Source of the DNA: Lama glama
Lineage: Eukaryota
Direction of reading: 5' to 3'
Assembly (NCBI GenBank): GCA_028534125.1
Contig: CM052818.1
Location: 18,354,001-18,418,000 of the forward strand
Length of the DNA stretch: 64,000 nt
The notes beneath the pieces were generated by a model. That model was not told where the DNA came from. It ran no database searches and saw only the letters and a list, made by a program, of their open reading frames with translations. Both the position numbers and the translations under genes were made by a program. Of this stretch, positions 63,271-64,000 are shown in pieces (positions within the stretch are counted from its first letter, which is position 1; every line of letters starts with the position of its first letter).

Positions 63271-64000
63271 ATTTTAAAAAGATAAAAATTCAGTCAAAAT
63301 TATTTTTATCTTTTTAAGTGGCTTTATTTCTATTGTGTTATGCTACTAGAATTGTGGAGTTTGTTACAACAGCTAAAACTACCCTAATACAGAACTTTAG
63401 AGGTCATCAACATTCATTTTATAGATAAGAGAACTGTGGCCTGGAAAATTAAGGGACTTACCCAATGTCAGAGCTAGTAAGTGACAAGCTCTGGTCTGTT
63501 AGGCTGCAAATCTAGCAGGTCACCTTTTTTTTCCCTTTTTCACTATGTCTCACTGCCTCAATTTATGTATATACCAGTTAACACTCTCATCCTACTTGGC
63601 TTCAATAAATAAGCCATAATAATAGGGAGTGATATCTACTCACTCAGCAAACAATTTCATATGATATCAGCTACCCAAAAATCGCCCCTGAAATTACCCA
63701 AATGTCTTCCTGTTAACCTTGGTCATTGAGTTTGGCATACAACACTCTGAAAAATAATACTTTTCCCAAGATGAAAATTTTATTAGCTAATCCCAGGTGC
63801 TTGGCTACCCAAAAGCCACATGTATATTTTGTAATTTTTCTTACCTATTAACATAAAGATTACTGTGATTAAACCAAAATATGCCCTCTAATGTCTCTAA
63901 AAAATAGTATGAAAGAATAAAGACCTCTCTGAAACGAACATTTGAAAAAAAAATTGAACGTATGAACAAAAAAAATCACATATTTTAGCTGCTGGAAAAA

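Noticed and set aside
28419..64000. A second protein-coding gene (e.g. LHCGR exon 1) downstream of FSHR
   Set aside because: No CpG island, signal-peptide exon or recognisable conserved ORF found.

Overview
Mammalian genomic DNA, probably a cetartiodactyl and most likely a camelid judging by the L1 3' end type and the absence of recognisable ruminant, pig or primate SINEs. The window holds the 3' two-thirds of FSHR (follicle-stimulating hormone receptor) on the + strand. Exons 5-10 have the canonical sizes (72, 78, 69, 75, 186 and 1234 bp), GT-AG boundaries, all introns in phase 2, and an intact frame to the stop at 28418. About 35 kb of repeat-rich downstream DNA follows. Three signals stand out. 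(1) A homologue of the ovine alternative FSHR 'exon 11' lies at 30597-30744; spliced to exon 8 it rebuilds the PVIL-SP junction and gives a 48-aa tail. (2) A 1.8-kb degenerate (TTAGGG)n interstitial telomere-like array at 34899-36732 has a ~168-bp higher-order structure, ATG-initiated Val/Ala-Arg ORFs, and appears to interrupt a MIR. (3) Several FSHR substitutions look lineage-specific (R162G, D443H, loss of one residue of the C-tail Ser/Thr cluster). Almost all other ORFs in the track are spurious or repeat-derived. Repeat family names and ortholog comparisons come from memory, not from a search.
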